Shown here: positions 22,486 to 34,725 of the stretch, one piece after another | Layout: the number at the start of each line of letters is the position of its first letter | Numbering within the stretch: position 1 is the first letter of the stretch | Program-made: the position numbers and the translations under genes | Source of the DNA: Eutreptiella sp. 'Long Island Sound 2002' | Taxonomy: Eukaryota > Protista > Euglenida | Length of the DNA: 64,000 nucleotides | Reading direction: 5' to 3' | NCBI GenBank assembly: GCA_964036045.1 | Contig: OZ038379.1 | Location: 3,410,001-3,474,000, forward strand | The notes under the pieces: generated by a model | Database searches by the model: none | Told to the model about the DNA's origin: nothing | The model's input: only the letters and a program-made list of their open reading frames with translations

Positions 22486-22719
22486 TCACCACCGCATCAG
22501 GTCCGCCCCCCAGTCTTCAGTCAGCCGCAGCGGCCGGTACCGCGCCAGCGGCACCTCGTGGCAGCCCAAAGACCCGGGGTCGCACTGGTCCGCACACACC
22601 CGCGGAGGGACCGGACAGGCCTGGGACGACAGGAGGTGGTCCACTTTGATCTGAAGCCTTTGCTTCGTGTAGCCCATGCGATGCCAGACGTCACTCGCGT
22701 CGCTCGAGGTCAGGTCCAT
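22486..22719 (-). CDS. Small ORF or exon, unknown ~33-aa domain (MDLTSSDASDVWHRMGYTKQRLQIKVDHLLSS); also at 31546-31779 and 39327-39560
   Basis: Paralogous to 23964-24245, with many synonymous codon differences. Confidence 0.5.
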   Translation of the reverse strand: MDLTSSDASDVWHRMGYTKQRLQIKVDHLLSSQACPVPPRVCADQCDPGSLGCHEVPLARYRPLRLTEDWGADLMRW

Positions 22720-23963
22720 GACGTCGGGGTTGCAGATGAGGGGGTCGCAGTCGTGCAGGGGGCCCTACGCAGTGGCACACGGACGTCCGCAGAGCAGTGG
22801 CATGCGACGGGGACGAGGGGGTGTCAGGGCACTTCGTACCCCCCGGCCGTCGTGGACGTGAATGTGTGCGACGTTGAGCAGAGGCCCTAACGTCCCCCGG
22901 CGGGTCACGCGCGGAAGAGTCAGACCCCCGATCACAAAGCGGATGTGGCAGTCCCCAGCCTCAGCCCCTCCATTCCCCAGTCTCACAAGGGCTGTCCTCA
23001 GCACCAAAACAAAACAGTGCCGGTGCCCTCGGACCTCCGCAGAGCGCCAGCCGATGAGGAGCTGCTGCCGGTCATCGGCCAACCGGCGTCGCTTGGCTGT
23101 CGGTGAAGTGCCAAACCTCCGTCGGTTGAGTGTCAACCGCCGTCGGTTAACCGAATCCTGCCACCGACAACCTCCGGCCGTCCGCAGTGCAACAAGAGCC
23201 CTGAGCCTCACCGCCCGCTGCACGACTCAGTCTCACCGCCCCGTCAACTCCCCAGCCCCCTCCCTCACCCCCGCACGCCACTCCCATGTCTCACCCCAAA
23301 AGCAGTTTGATGGGATTCATGGGCTCACTCTCCAAACCCCCCAACCAACTTACGGACCCGGTGGTGATGCAGCTTCACTTTGCAATGCGGATAAAAGACG
23401 GACCATTGTTCAGAGCGGAGTGCCAGCGGGAGAAAAACTGCGGCGCCCAATCGAACGGCGAGCGGCAGACGAAGTCCTGCACCCAATACCACTGGACATA
23501 CCGGCCGTGACCTGCCACCCCACGCCCGTCCCGGCAACACCTCCGGCCTATCGCGAAAAACGAGGCAGTGCATGCCGATCATTAATGCGGGGAGGTGTCA
23601 CATGGCCACACATCCCCCGCCGTATCGGGCCCTCCACAGCGAAGACGGGTGTGATGTGGCGTCAAGAAGTGTTCTCATGGACGACAAACATACAACACTA
23701 CATTTGGATCCCCCGTGGGCTCCAGCGGTGTCGGTGGGCGTTGAAAAAGGCAATGCCCCAAGCCCCCGAAACAAAACTACAAACGATGACGATCTCGCGC
23801 CCGGCGACATGGACCGATGATGCCGGAAGTCGTAGACCCAACCACCGATGCCATGCCGCACCGCTGAGACTCACGTCCGCAGTGCGTACGAGGCCTGTGG
23901 CACGCGCAACGTCCGCTGCAGCAGCGCTGCCGAACGCAACCGCACGCATTGGGGCGCGCGGCT

Positions 23964-24245
23964 TCATACCGAAAGTGGCGCATCAGACTCCGCTGTGGGC
24001 GACGGGCTGAACGAGTAGGGGGTGTTTTCGTGGGGAGCCTCCGCCGCGCGAGGCCCTTTGCTGCCGGCAGGCGGGTTGAGCGGAGTGGGGGGATGCACGG
24101 TGTTGTGCACGGACCCGAAACGGTCGAGGCTTGAGCTGGACCCGCAACACGAAAGGATGTTGTCCACGGCGACTTGTAGCTTCTGCCGCGTCTGGCCCAT
24201 GCGGTGCCTCACGTCACGAACGTCCGCGTAGTAAATGAGATCCAT
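23964..24245 (-). CDS. Small ORF or exon, paralog of the above (MDLIYYADVRDVRHRMGQTRQKLQVAVDNILSC); also at 33019-33300 and 40812-41093
   Basis: 18/33 aa identical to the 22486-22719 domain, plus K/R and I/V exchanges. Confidence 0.5.
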   Translation of the reverse strand: MDLIYYADVRDVRHRMGQTRQKLQVAVDNILSCCGSSSSLDRFGSVHNTVHPPTPLNPPAGSKGPRAAEAPHENTPYSFSPSPTAESDAPLSV

Positions 24246-24844
24246 CGCGGTTGGGTTGGAGATGTGGGCGTGGGAGTCATACGGCGGAGCCTGAGGTGAC
24301 GCACGCACTCCGAAGACAAGGGAACCCCATCAGCCTTCCAAGTCCCACGTAACCCCCCCATGATGTTGATAGCAAGCACCAAAACAATGGCAAGGACCCC
24401 ACACTGCCCCCTTATCCGGTCCGAAAATTGCAACAGGAACAAGGCATCCTTCGATCGCTTGGCAAATCAACCAAACACACGGTCCCAATTCGGGCACAAC
24501 AAGACTCGGACTTTGAACCTACCTACACAAAACCTACACAGAGCGACACGGGGCTATGCATTGCATTGCATTGCATTGCACCCGATGTATTGTCAAGTGA
24601 GGGCGATTTAGAACTTCCGAACTCATGCATAGTTCCGATGGAGGGGAAGAGCCACTCTATTGCATCCTCGATCCTCAAGATATGCACGCGGGCTACAAGG
24701 TGGTGCGCGTGGGCTACGATCCGGTACGAGGGTTGCACGCGTACTTGTTCACAAACGCGAGTAGCCGTACCGTGCAGGCTGCACCCAAGGAGCCGTGCAC
24801 ACCGCGTGTGGAGCGGATCTCATGCGCAATGGTGGAAAGCTGTG

Positions 24845-25660
24845 CTAGTGTGGAGCATGGCAGTAGCAGTGCCGACCCCCACGTCGAGGCGTCGACACAC
24901 GACGAAAGATGCAACATACCGCAAACGGCTCCGGGAGTTCTAGTGGAGTGAATTGATGAGGGGCGCCGTGATGATTGTCCTCGGAGGACCCGCCATGGCT
25001 CCAACCGGCGGACGGCTCTTCGCCGTGATGCGGTGATGTAGTAGGGGGTAGTGAGTAGGGGTCGTTTTGGAACGGTTGTCGGGGCACAAGTGGCGGCAAA
25101 GCCACACGTCGATGCCGCGTGCCGTTGCATGCGTCGAGGTGCCCTTGAGGCGCAATGGGGCAGTACGCGTGCTCATCGGGCACCGCTCCAAACGCGTCCG
25201 AAAGCCCAGGCAGCGGTCGTCGGGTCTCATGACATGCGTCAAGCTGCAGCGCAACTTTGGGGTGGGTCTCCGCCACAGAAGGAGCCACGCCGCTATCCGC
25301 AACGTCGTCGCCGAACAAGCCGCTCGACACCTCGGAATCAACGGCGCTTTTGTGTGGGCTCGAGGTGGAGCGGTCCGCACTCAAGATCCAATCCCTCCGG
25401 GTTTGGTAACCATCTTGACTGCAATGAATGTGGGGGCAGTTTTGTCCCGCCTCGCACGGCGTGTTGGTCACGACCGACTCGCAAAGCCACGACTTGATGT
25501 GCTTCTTGTGCCTATGGAAGGACGCGGGCATGTGTCGGAGCCGTGGAAGCATGCGGGGAGGTGTCGGGCAGACGTCGACGACGAAATCAAACCTTTTTGC
25601 AACACTTCGCATCGCTCGGTCGCCTTTTGAAGGACCAAGCAAAAGCCGTACGAACACGAG
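24845..25660 (-). CDS. CCCH zinc-finger exon or ORF (copy 1); splicing unresolved, possibly decayed
   Basis: C-ESVVTNTP-C-EAGQN-C-PHI-H fits C-x8-C-x5-C-x3-H. An acceptor ttaccgtag lies at 25661. Confidence 0.6.
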   Translation of the reverse strand, partial: LVFVRLLLGPSKGDRAMRSVAKRFDFVVDVCPTPPRMLPRLRHMPASFHRHKKHIKSWLCESVVTNTPCEAGQNCPHIHCSQDGYQTRRDWILSADRSTSSPHKSAVDSEVSSGLFGDDVADSGVAPSVAETHPKVALQLDACHETRRPLPGLSDAFGAVPDEHAYCPIAPQGHLDACNGTRHRRVALPPLVPRQPFQNDPYSLPPTTSPHHGEEPSAGWSHGGSSEDNHHGAPHQFTPLELPEPFAVCCIFRRVSTPRRGGRHCYCHAPH

Positions 25661-26004
25661 CTACGGTAACAATGTATTTGTTTCATTTCATTGGAGTTTC
25701 CGCATTTCATTTCATTCCCCCAATTTTCGAGTTCATGCTTTGAAACAAGGGCGGGGGCCTTCCTTCGCGACGCGTGTTGCACATTCGCAATGCAATGAAT
25801 CAAGATTGGCTGGTTCTAAACCCACGATGCACCGCGCCAACGTCGCACTTCATGAAAATTGGGACACGGAAAGAAACCATCAAAGTGCGTGTCCACAAGT
25901 CACCCTCATCAAATTTGAGTGGCTACTACGATCATGGACAACGACGCTACCCTTTTTTTGGCCCATGCATTGGTCGAGCACAGCGCAACGGACACCCAAC
26001 ATAC

Positions 26005-26365
26005 GCCCGGAAGATGTTCTTCCTCAAATAATTGAAGAGTATCCGGCCGCCTTGGGTGTTGAACACGTAGCGCACGCCGATGCTATACTCCTTTTGATTG
26101 GTCGGGTCGCGGACAATCACGTACCGGACGTACCCCTTCATCACCTTCCCCATCTTCAAAATGTCTCCATCCTCATGTTCCATCGCTTCGCCGTGGATGT
26201 CACAAGGCTTCGAGTGGGCCTCGGCATCCGAATGCACGTCAATGTCCTTCACACTTTGGTTCACATTCATCATCGTGTGGAACGATATAAAGTCGATGCA
26301 ATGAAGTATCTCAATGGGATAGTTCAGAGTCACGACAGATCGGATCACCCAATCAACAAATGAAC
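26005..26365 (-). CDS. Upstream exon of the putative CCCH gene (YVIVRDPTNQKEYSIGVRYVFNTQGG), copy 1; also at ~35070-35430 and ~42668-43028
   Basis: Acceptor ttcttttgtctctcag near 26366 and donor GC|gtatgt at 26004. The V.DP....Y.I.....T.G pattern recalls segments preceding CCCH fingers in euglenozoan proteins. Confidence 0.45.
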
Positions 26366-26889
26366 TGAGAGACAAAAGAACGTTTACAGTCAATAAAAAC
26401 CCTCTTGCCTTTGTCTGATCACCTTTTCTTCGTCGAATACACCACAACGACAACAATCATGAACACTCATGATGAACGCAGGCTGAACGCGGGTAAACGC
26501 GACGACGGTTTGCACGTTGGTTGTGTCGCTTTTCTTGGGCGGCAGCTGCCAAGCCAGTGCGCGAACGCACAGAAAGATCGCCGCGAGCACCCGTATCAGA
26601 TCGGCTGAAATCGTTGAATGGAACGAATGAAGATGTACTCCCCCCCCCCCCATATCTCCCCTCCAGGGACGACGGTTACCCCCCACCCCGGGAGGGACGG
26701 TCACCAAATGACGGTTCCCCCCACCCCTGAGGGGGACGGACACCACAAAACAGTACCCTGAATTCTAGTGTACCTAACTACAATTGTTCTTCGGTGCCTG
26801 TGATTTCCTATCGATTTCCTGTTGTTCATGGGCGCAGTGACCTTCGGGGACGGGGGGGGGCTGGACAAATGAGGGGTGGTGAGGGTACA

Positions 26890-27180
26890 ACGACCAATGT
26901 GACGACTACAAAAGAGATAGCAGGAGAGACGATTACCGAAGGGATGACAAAAGACGAGATGATTATGATTACGATAAAAGGGATTACAACGATGATGGAT
27001 ATGGAGGGGGTCGAGGTGTGGTGCTGCCCACTTGCACTTTTTCAGTCCCACACATGTGCCCATTCATCCGTTGGCATGAGGACTCTCATGTAAGGGATTG
27101 TTTTGGTGTTTGCACAGATATCCTTGCCGAGCATGTTCATGATGGAATCCAAAATTAAACGGTTGCTCATCATATGAAGA
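26890..27180 (+). pseudogene. 3' fragment of the RRM/SR-like gene (RD-rich tail, putative intron and last exon), copy 1
   Basis: Homologous to 43960-44255 (gactacaaaagagatagca...ggagggggtcgaggtg...gatatccttgccgagcatg). The RRM is missing. Confidence 0.85.
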
Positions 27181-27380
27181 CGAAATGACCGGTATTGCTC
27201 GAGCTCGAGCTTGCCTTCTCACTGGATGACTCGGAGTCACTGGAGGGCATACGCAAAATGGCTCCATCGGTTGGGAAGCGGCCCATGCTTCCTTCTTCCA
27301 GACGACCTTCTCGCCCTGTGCTACACTTCCTGCCATACCCCAGCATCTCAAAAAACATGGAAGTGCGATGGGGTCCACCC

Positions 27381-29143
27381 CAGGGCTGTGCTTAACGGGG
27401 AAGTTTTGGCCTGGGGGGGGGCGGGGGGGGGGGGTTAGAGAATGGGGACCCTCCTCCTTGCGTGCAAAAGTGGCATACAAAACCTTTCTGGCTGCCAACG
27501 CATCTTTGGACGAACCCCTTAATGGCTGCCGGTCATAGACTACTATCCCTTTTACCGGCAGCAGGTTCTCCAAGTGTCATGAAGGATGGCCCCCCAGACC
27601 ACAAATTCCATGCTTTTGAAGTGTTGCAGCAATTTCTTTGCCTTTGGATCCTCCTCAAGGACTCTGTACATTGCTCCAAACTGATTGAAAATATTGGTTA
27701 CACATCCTAAGAATCTTACCAATCTTGCTATTCCACTTTCCATGCGCCCAGCCCCTGCTGGACTTGCACCATTGACCACGCAAACGTCGTAGGTCTTGAG
27801 GTCCTACAGAGAACACGGTGTCAGTTGACACCGTGTCTCATCTCTATGTTGCGCATTCACACTGCATGCAGCACATAGAAAACCCTCCCTGCAGCCCATG
27901 TCCTCATCAACTTTGCCCCCAGATGCATGTTGTTCCCACAGTGGTAGGCCACTGCCCATCAAATGACTCGAAATCACCTCGCAGAGGTTGTTAGATCAAA
28001 GCCAGGCAGGCGTACATAGGGGAAAACACCACATACCCCCCCATTTTCGCCTTTTTGGGCCTATTCGCGTACCCCACCCCAAGGGGTTGAATTGTTAGTT
28101 TAACCCCTTGTAAAATCATTATTTTGTCCAATAAACGCATCCCCCAATGAGTTTTTGGTGCGGACCACCCCAGATCCCCCCCACTTTTTTGAGGTTTTCA
28201 GGGAGGTGGAGGGGGGGGGGGGGGTCAAAAAATGAGCCCCCCTTTTTTTGGGTCGAAAATCACGAATCTTTTGGTTTTTTCGATTTTGAGCCGAAAAAGT
28301 GTTTCCGGGTCCCTACTCTATGGGGGTTGTATGGGGCGGAGTGGGACGAGCGCTTATGCAGTTCATGCACTTTTCAGCCATTTTTGCTATGTTGGCGGTT
28401 TTGGCGACCTCGGTGACCCCGTGGTACCCACTCTGAGGGGTGTGCGTGGGGATATTGTGACAATATATGCCTACTAGGATACGGAAGAACGTTTTTTGCA
28501 GTCTCTAGCCATGCCGAGGGCCGGTCAATGCCGGTGCCAACGACGAAATGGCTGTTTCCACCAATAATGGCCTAGTGAATGGGCCGGTACACAACCTGCT
28601 TAGGCAGTTTTTCACCCTGGACAGCTCCAAAATCGAAGTTTTTGAAACTTACTTTGTTGATATTGTCATCACCTAAAATGACCATCCAAGGTATGTAAAG
28701 CATGTTTTAGGCCGTATTTACATGTTTTTCACCCTATTTGGGTATTGGGCGGGGCGGGGGGGGGGGGGTCAAACGGGATTGGCACACAACCTGCTGATGC
28801 AGTTTTTCAGGCTATACAGCTCAAAAATCGAAGTTTCCGAAACTTACGTTTTTGATATTGTGATCACCTAAAATGACCATCCAAGCTATGTAAAGCATGT
28901 TTTGCCCTGTATTTATACAGTTTTTACCCTATTGAGGGTGTGTGTTGCTTTGGGTAGATTCTCTCCGAGATGGACTTGCCGAAGGCAATAGAATTTTAGC
29001 ATGCAAAAAACAGAAATTTTGACCCACCCCCCCTTAAAGAGGAGGAGGGGTGGGGGGAGAGGGTCTAGGGGGGGAGAGGGGGGGGGTCCAGGAGGAGGGG
29101 CACCCCTCCTCCTTGCGGAAAAAAACAATTAAGCACAGGCCTG
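27381..29143 (-). mobile_element. hAT-family DNA transposon, non-autonomous and decayed, 1763 bp
   Basis: 15-bp TIRs cagggctgtgcttaa / ttaagcacaggcctg (14/15). 8-bp flanks gtccaccc / gtccggcc. Transposase remnants EEDPKAKKLLQHFKSMEFV and AYHCGNNMHL. Internal ~150-bp direct repeat at 28590-28740 and 28785-28932. Confidence 0.8.
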
Positions 29144-29440
29144 GTCCGGCCCAACCATACTTCTACACCCGCTGCCTTCATCAGATTCACACCCTGCTCC
29201 CGTAGGTCATGATGCTTCACCTTGCTTGCTACCCTGCGCCAGCTGAGGTGCTTCCACTTCAGCGCCGGTCGCCCATCTCATCCCCGACACGCCCCAGTCT
29301 GACCTCCTCCATCACCGAATGGCACTCACTGACAAAGGACGGCCTTTGGATGGTCATCGGGAGTCCATCAGGTGAGTGCCTTGTGATGAGCGCATACGGA
29401 CGCAGGGCAGAGAGTCCTATTGTCTCCCTGCAGAAGTGGG
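29144..29440 (-). pseudogene. RNase H remnant of a retroelement, continuing across the hAT insertion into 27340-27380; also at 36923-37220
   Basis: LKWKHLSWRRVASKVKHHDLREQGVNLMKAAGVEVWL, and after removing the hAT element, GWTPSH. This aligns with the RNase HI segment WKKRGW...VKN.DLW...W.WV.GH. Confidence 0.65.
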
Positions 29441-32400
29441 TGCAATAACCTCGAGTGAAAGAACACGTGTGTTTCCAGGGACAGAGGGGGTGTACTTACG
29501 CCGTTGCTGGTGTACTTGGGCTGGCCCACTGGCGCGCCGTGTGACGTGGTTGTCCCAGGTACCGCCGGATGATAGCGTACTGTCATTTACCGTGGGGTCA
29601 CACTTCCCAATGTGCTATGGTCTTTCCGCTCCCACTTGCCCCTATTTGCCCCCAACAATGGCGCTGCGCGTGCCCACCATCTGTGTGAAGTCCTCCCTCA
29701 TCATCCAGGAGCCCGGGGCCGCGTAGGCCCACACCCAAACCGAGAACGCACAACACCCCCCCCCCCCCCGTAATTGCATTGGAGACCCACAAATGTGACC
29801 GCACGGCTCCCGCGCGCACCACAACGGCGGGGGGCATGCGATGCACACACAACTGCCGACCTCCAACTGCATTCTGTGGATGCATGCGGTTCATTCGGTG
29901 CTGCAGTCCCAGGGGTTTGAGGGCAGTGCGGACAAAGTCACCACCGACCTCTCAAACCACAGCCTCGCAGGCTCACCCATGCATGCACCCCAGACCAGGC
30001 ATCGGACGCCCACGCCGCAGGTGCGGAGCTGTTCCATCCCCAAAAACGCTGCCCCTCAGGAGCTCAAAACCCCCTGCGGAACGCCATGAGACGGTCCCCA
30101 GCGCCGTGACAACTGAGGGGCGCATCAAGGGCTCCGCAACGCGGCAGGCAATGCACGGCAATGTGAGGCCCCACACGCGGCAGCTCATCAGCAACCCCAT
30201 CTGCCGGGGGGCTGCACAATGCATTGCACGGGCGCGGGATTCCAATGAAGGGGGATTCCGATGAGGTGAAGGGGGATGAAGACTGAAGGGCCCTCCTCCG
30301 GACGATGCCCTGCTCCATGGCAGTATGTAAGAGCCAAACGGCACGCGTCCCGCAGGGGGCCTCAGAGCAACGAGCACATTGGTCCCCCTCTCCCGCACTG
30401 GGGCCAGGCGCTCTGAACTATATAGTTTGTGGAGGCGGGGCTTGGGTGCAAGCGATATATAGATGTATATAGCCATCGGCGTTGCCCCGAACCATCGCGC
30501 CCACTCTCCACAAAAGCAGATCACAGGCTCAAAGCTGTGACCCTCATCCCGTCGGGTAGGGCTATGCCCAAAGCGATGTCATACTCCGCCTCAATCGGCG
30601 CCGCGCTACTGTGCCTTCGTGCGCTGCATCATCTCAACAAAGTGGAGAGGACTGTGCGCACAAAAAGCAACACCCGATCAGAACAAAATGCTTCGCAGGA
30701 TCATCCGCGCAAAGACAACAACAACAACAAACGTCTGCTGAGGCACGTACCCGTATTCCAAACTGGGGACGTACGCGGCCGCGCCCTCAGCTCAGTGGAC
30801 CATTCTCTTCGTTCACTTTGGACGTGCATTCGGGGCGCCGAATCCTCTTCGCCGCCGTCTGCGCAGACCCGTGCCTTCACAAAACGCATGTCGACGGCGT
30901 TGCGTCGCGTCGGGCTCGGCAATGCCAGCCCGCGGTCCAACGCAATCGGCCCGTCTTGCGCACTTCCCGTGAAACGCACCGCAGCTCATCTCCATTGAGC
31001 CAGTGGACTGGCAGCGGACCAACACTTGCGAAGTCCGAAACGGCCGGGCAATGATTGGGACGGGGGCTGGGGGGGCGGTGTCAGGCATTTCCCAGTGCAC
31101 AATGGCCTCGGGCTCGGCGCTGATCCCACACAAATGCCACGGCCACAACGACGGTGGCCTGTGACTGTACTCGAGGCAGAAGACGACCAGAAGAAGCCGC
31201 TGGTGGAGCACGAGGCTCCGCACCCCCGTACAACATTCATGTCAGGAATGGAGGCATTCAACAGTCGTCTGGACCGGCAGAACGGCGTGAAGCGCCGTGG
31301 GTCGAGTCAATACGACCCAATACGACTCTCAGGCCATCGCATCGCTTGGTGCACCATTCGTCACGGTTTACCGCACAGCCCCGGCCGCGCTGTGGCCCCC
31401 CGGGTCGTCAAGGCGGCCTCGTCGGACATGATCTACTGCGGCGTCCGCCTCATCCGGGGCCACGAGCGTCTGTCGTCTCACCATCGCTTTGTGTGTCGTG
31501 GGCGGAGGCGGTATGATCACCGCAGCGGGACTCCTCCGCCGGCCATCACCACCGCATCAGGTCCGCCCCCCAGTCTTCAGTCAGCCGCAGCGGCCGGTAC
31601 CGCGCCAGCGGCACCTCGTGGCAGCCCAAAGGCCCGGGGTCGCACTGGTCCGCACACACCCGCGGAGGGACCGGACAGGCCTGGGACGACAGGAGGTGGT
31701 CCACTTTGATCTGAAGCCTTTGCTTCGTGTAGCCCATGCGATGCCAGACGTCACTCGCGTCGCTCGAGGTCAGGTCCATGACGTCGGGGTTGCAGATGAG
31801 GGGGTCGCAGTCGTGCAGGGGGCCCTACGCAGTGGCACACGGACGTCCGCAGAGCAGTGGCATGCGACGGGGACGAGGGGGTGTCAGGGCACTTCGTACC
31901 CCCCGGCCGTCGTGGACGTGAATGTGTGCGACGTTGAGCAGAGGCCCTAACGTCCCCCAGCGGGTCACGCGCGGAAGAGTCAGACCCCCGATCACAAAGC
32001 GGATGTGGCAGTCCCCAGCCTCAGCCCCTCCATTCCCCAGTCTCACAAGGGCTGTCCTCAGCACCAAAACAAAACAGTGCCGGTGCCCTCGGACCTCCGC
32101 AGAGCGCCAGCCGATGAGGAGCTGCTGCCGGTCATCGGCCAACCGGCGTCGCTTGGCTGTCGGTGAAGTGCCAAACCTCCGTCGGTTGAGTGTCAACCGC
32201 CGTCGGTTAACCGAATCCTGCCACCGACAACCTCCGGCCGTCCGCAGTGCAACAAGAGCCCTGAGCCTCACCGCCCGCTGCACGACTCAGTCTCACCGCC
32301 CCGTCAACTCCCCAGCCCCCTCCCTCACCCCCGCACGCCACTCCCATGTCTCACCCCAAAAGCAGTTTGATGGGATTCATGGGCTCACTCTCCAAACCCC

Positions 32401-33909
32401 CCAACCAACTTACGGACCCGGTGGTGATGCAGCTTCACTTTGCAATGCGGATAAAAGACGGACCATTGTTCAGAGCGGAGTGCCAGCGGGAGAAAAACTG
32501 CGGCGCCCAATCGAACGGCGAGCGGCAGACGAAGTCCTGCACCCAATACCACTGGACATACCGGCCGTGACCTGCCACCCCACGCCCGTCCCGGCAACAC
32601 CTCCGGCCTATCGCGAAAAACGAGGCAGTGCATGCCGATCATTAATGCGGGGAGGTGTCACATGGCCACACATCCCCCGCCGTATCGGGCCCTCCACAGC
32701 GAAGACGGGTGTGATGTGGCGTCAAGAAGTGTTCTCATGGACGACAAACATACAACACTACATTTGGATCCCCCGTGGGCTCCAGCGGTGTCGGTGGGCG
32801 TTGAAAAAGGCAATGCCCCAAGCCCCCGAAACAAAACTACAAACGATGACGATCTCGCGCCCGGCGACATGGACCGATGATGCCGGAAGTCGTAGACCCA
32901 ACCACCGATGCCATGCCGCACCGCTGAGACTCACGTCCGCAGTGCGTACGAGGCCTGTGGCACACGCAACGTCCGCTGCAGCAGCGCTGCCGAACGCAAC
33001 CGCACGCATTGGGGCGCTTCATACCGAAAGTGGCGCATCAGACTCCGCTGTGGGCGACGGGCTGAACGAGTAGGGGGTGTTTTCGTGGGGAGCCTCCGCC
33101 GCGCGAGGCCCTTTGCTGCCGGCAGGCGGGTTGAGCGGAGTGGGGGGATGCACGGTGTTGTGCACGGACCCGAAACGGTCGAGGCTTGAGCTGGACCCGC
33201 AACACGAAAGGATGTTGTCCACGGCGACTTGTAGCTTCTGCCGCGTCTGGCCCATGCGGTGCCTCACGTCACAAGCGTCCGCGTAGTAAATGAGATCCAT
33301 CGCGGTTGGGTTGGAGATGTGGGCGTGGGAGTCATACGGCGGAGCCTGAGGTGACGCACGCACTCCGAAGACAAGGGAACCCCATCAGCCTTCCAAGTCC
33401 CACGTAACCCCCCCATGATGTTGATAGCAAGCACCAAAACAATGGCAAGGACCCGACAATGCCCCCTTATCCGGTCCGAAAATTGCAAGAGGAACAAGGC
33501 ATCCTTCCATCGCTTGGCAAATCAACCAAACACACGGTCCCAATTCGGGCACAACAAGACTTGGACTTTGAACCTACCTACACAAAACCTACACAGAGCG
33601 ACACGGGGCTATGCATTGCATTACATTGCATTGCATTGCATTGCACCCGATGTATTGTCAAGTGAGGGCGATTTAGAACTTCCGAACTCATGCATAGTTC
33701 CGATGGAGGGGAAGAGCCACTCTATTGCATCCTCGATCCTCAAGATATGCACGCGGGCTACAAGGTGGTGCGCGTGGGCTACGATCCGGTACGAGGGTTG
33801 CACGCGTACTTGTTCACAAACGCGAGTAGCCGTACCGTGCAGGCTGCACCCAAGGAGCCGTGCACACCGCGTGTGCAGCGGATCTCATGCGCAACGGTGG
33901 AAAGCTGTG

Positions 33910-34725
33910 CTAGTGTGGAGCATGGCAGTAGCAGTGCCGACCCGCACGTCGAGGCGTCGACACACGACGAAAGATGCAACATACCGCAAACGGCTCCGGG
34001 AGTTCTAGTGGAGTGAATTGATGAGGGGCGCCGTGATAATTGTCCTCGGAGGACCCGCCATGGCTCCAACCGGCGGACGGCTCTTCGCCGTGATGCGGTG
34101 ATGTAGTAGGGGGTAGTGAGTAGGGGTCGTTTTGGAACGGTTGTCGGGGCACAAGTGGCGGCAAAGCCACACGTCGATGCCGCGTGCCGTTGCATGCGTC
34201 GAGGTGCCCTTGAGGCGCAATGGGGCAGTACGCGTGCTCATCGGGCACCGCTCCAAACGCGTCCGAAAGCCCAGGCAGCGGTCGTCGGGTCTCATGACAT
34301 GCGTCAAGCTGCAGCGCAACTTTGGGGTGGGTCTCCGCCACAGAAGGAGCCACGCCGCTATCCGCAACGTCGTCGCCGAACAAGCCGCTCGACACCTCGG
34401 AATCAACGGCGCTTTTGTGTGGGCTCGAGGTGGAGCGGTCCGCACTCAAGATCCAATCCCTCCGGGTTTGGTAACCATCTTGACTGCAATGAATGTGGGG
34501 GCAGTTTTGTCCCGCCTCGCACGGCGTGTTGGTCACGACCGACTCGCAAAGCCACGACTTGATGTGCTTCTTGTGCCTATGGAAGGACGCGGGCATGTGT
34601 CGGAGCCGTGGAAGCATGCGGGGAGGTGTCGGGCAGACGTCGACGACGAAATCAAACCTTTTTGCAACACTTCGCATCGCTCGGTCGCCTTTTGAAGGAC
34701 CAAGCAAAAGCCGTACGAACACGAG
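33910..34725 (-). CDS. CCCH zinc-finger exon or ORF (copy 2)
   Basis: Same C-x8-C-x5-C-x3-H motif; near-identical to copy 1. Confidence 0.6.
   Translation of the reverse strand, partial: LVFVRLLLGPSKGDRAMRSVAKRFDFVVDVCPTPPRMLPRLRHMPASFHRHKKHIKSWLCESVVTNTPCEAGQNCPHIHCSQDGYQTRRDWILSADRSTSSPHKSAVDSEVSSGLFGDDVADSGVAPSVAETHPKVALQLDACHETRRPLPGLSDAFGAVPDEHAYCPIAPQGHLDACNGTRHRRVALPPLVPRQPFQNDPYSLPPTTSPHHGEEPSAGWSHGGSSEDNYHGAPHQFTPLELPEPFAVCCIFRRVSTPRRAGRHCYCHAPH

Noticed and set aside
22862-24010. 382-aa ORF (with copies) and the 311-aa ORF at 25428-26363
   Set aside because: No domain motifs. The first is Arg/Pro/Ala-biased GC-rich sequence; the second is antisense to the CCCH gene exons.
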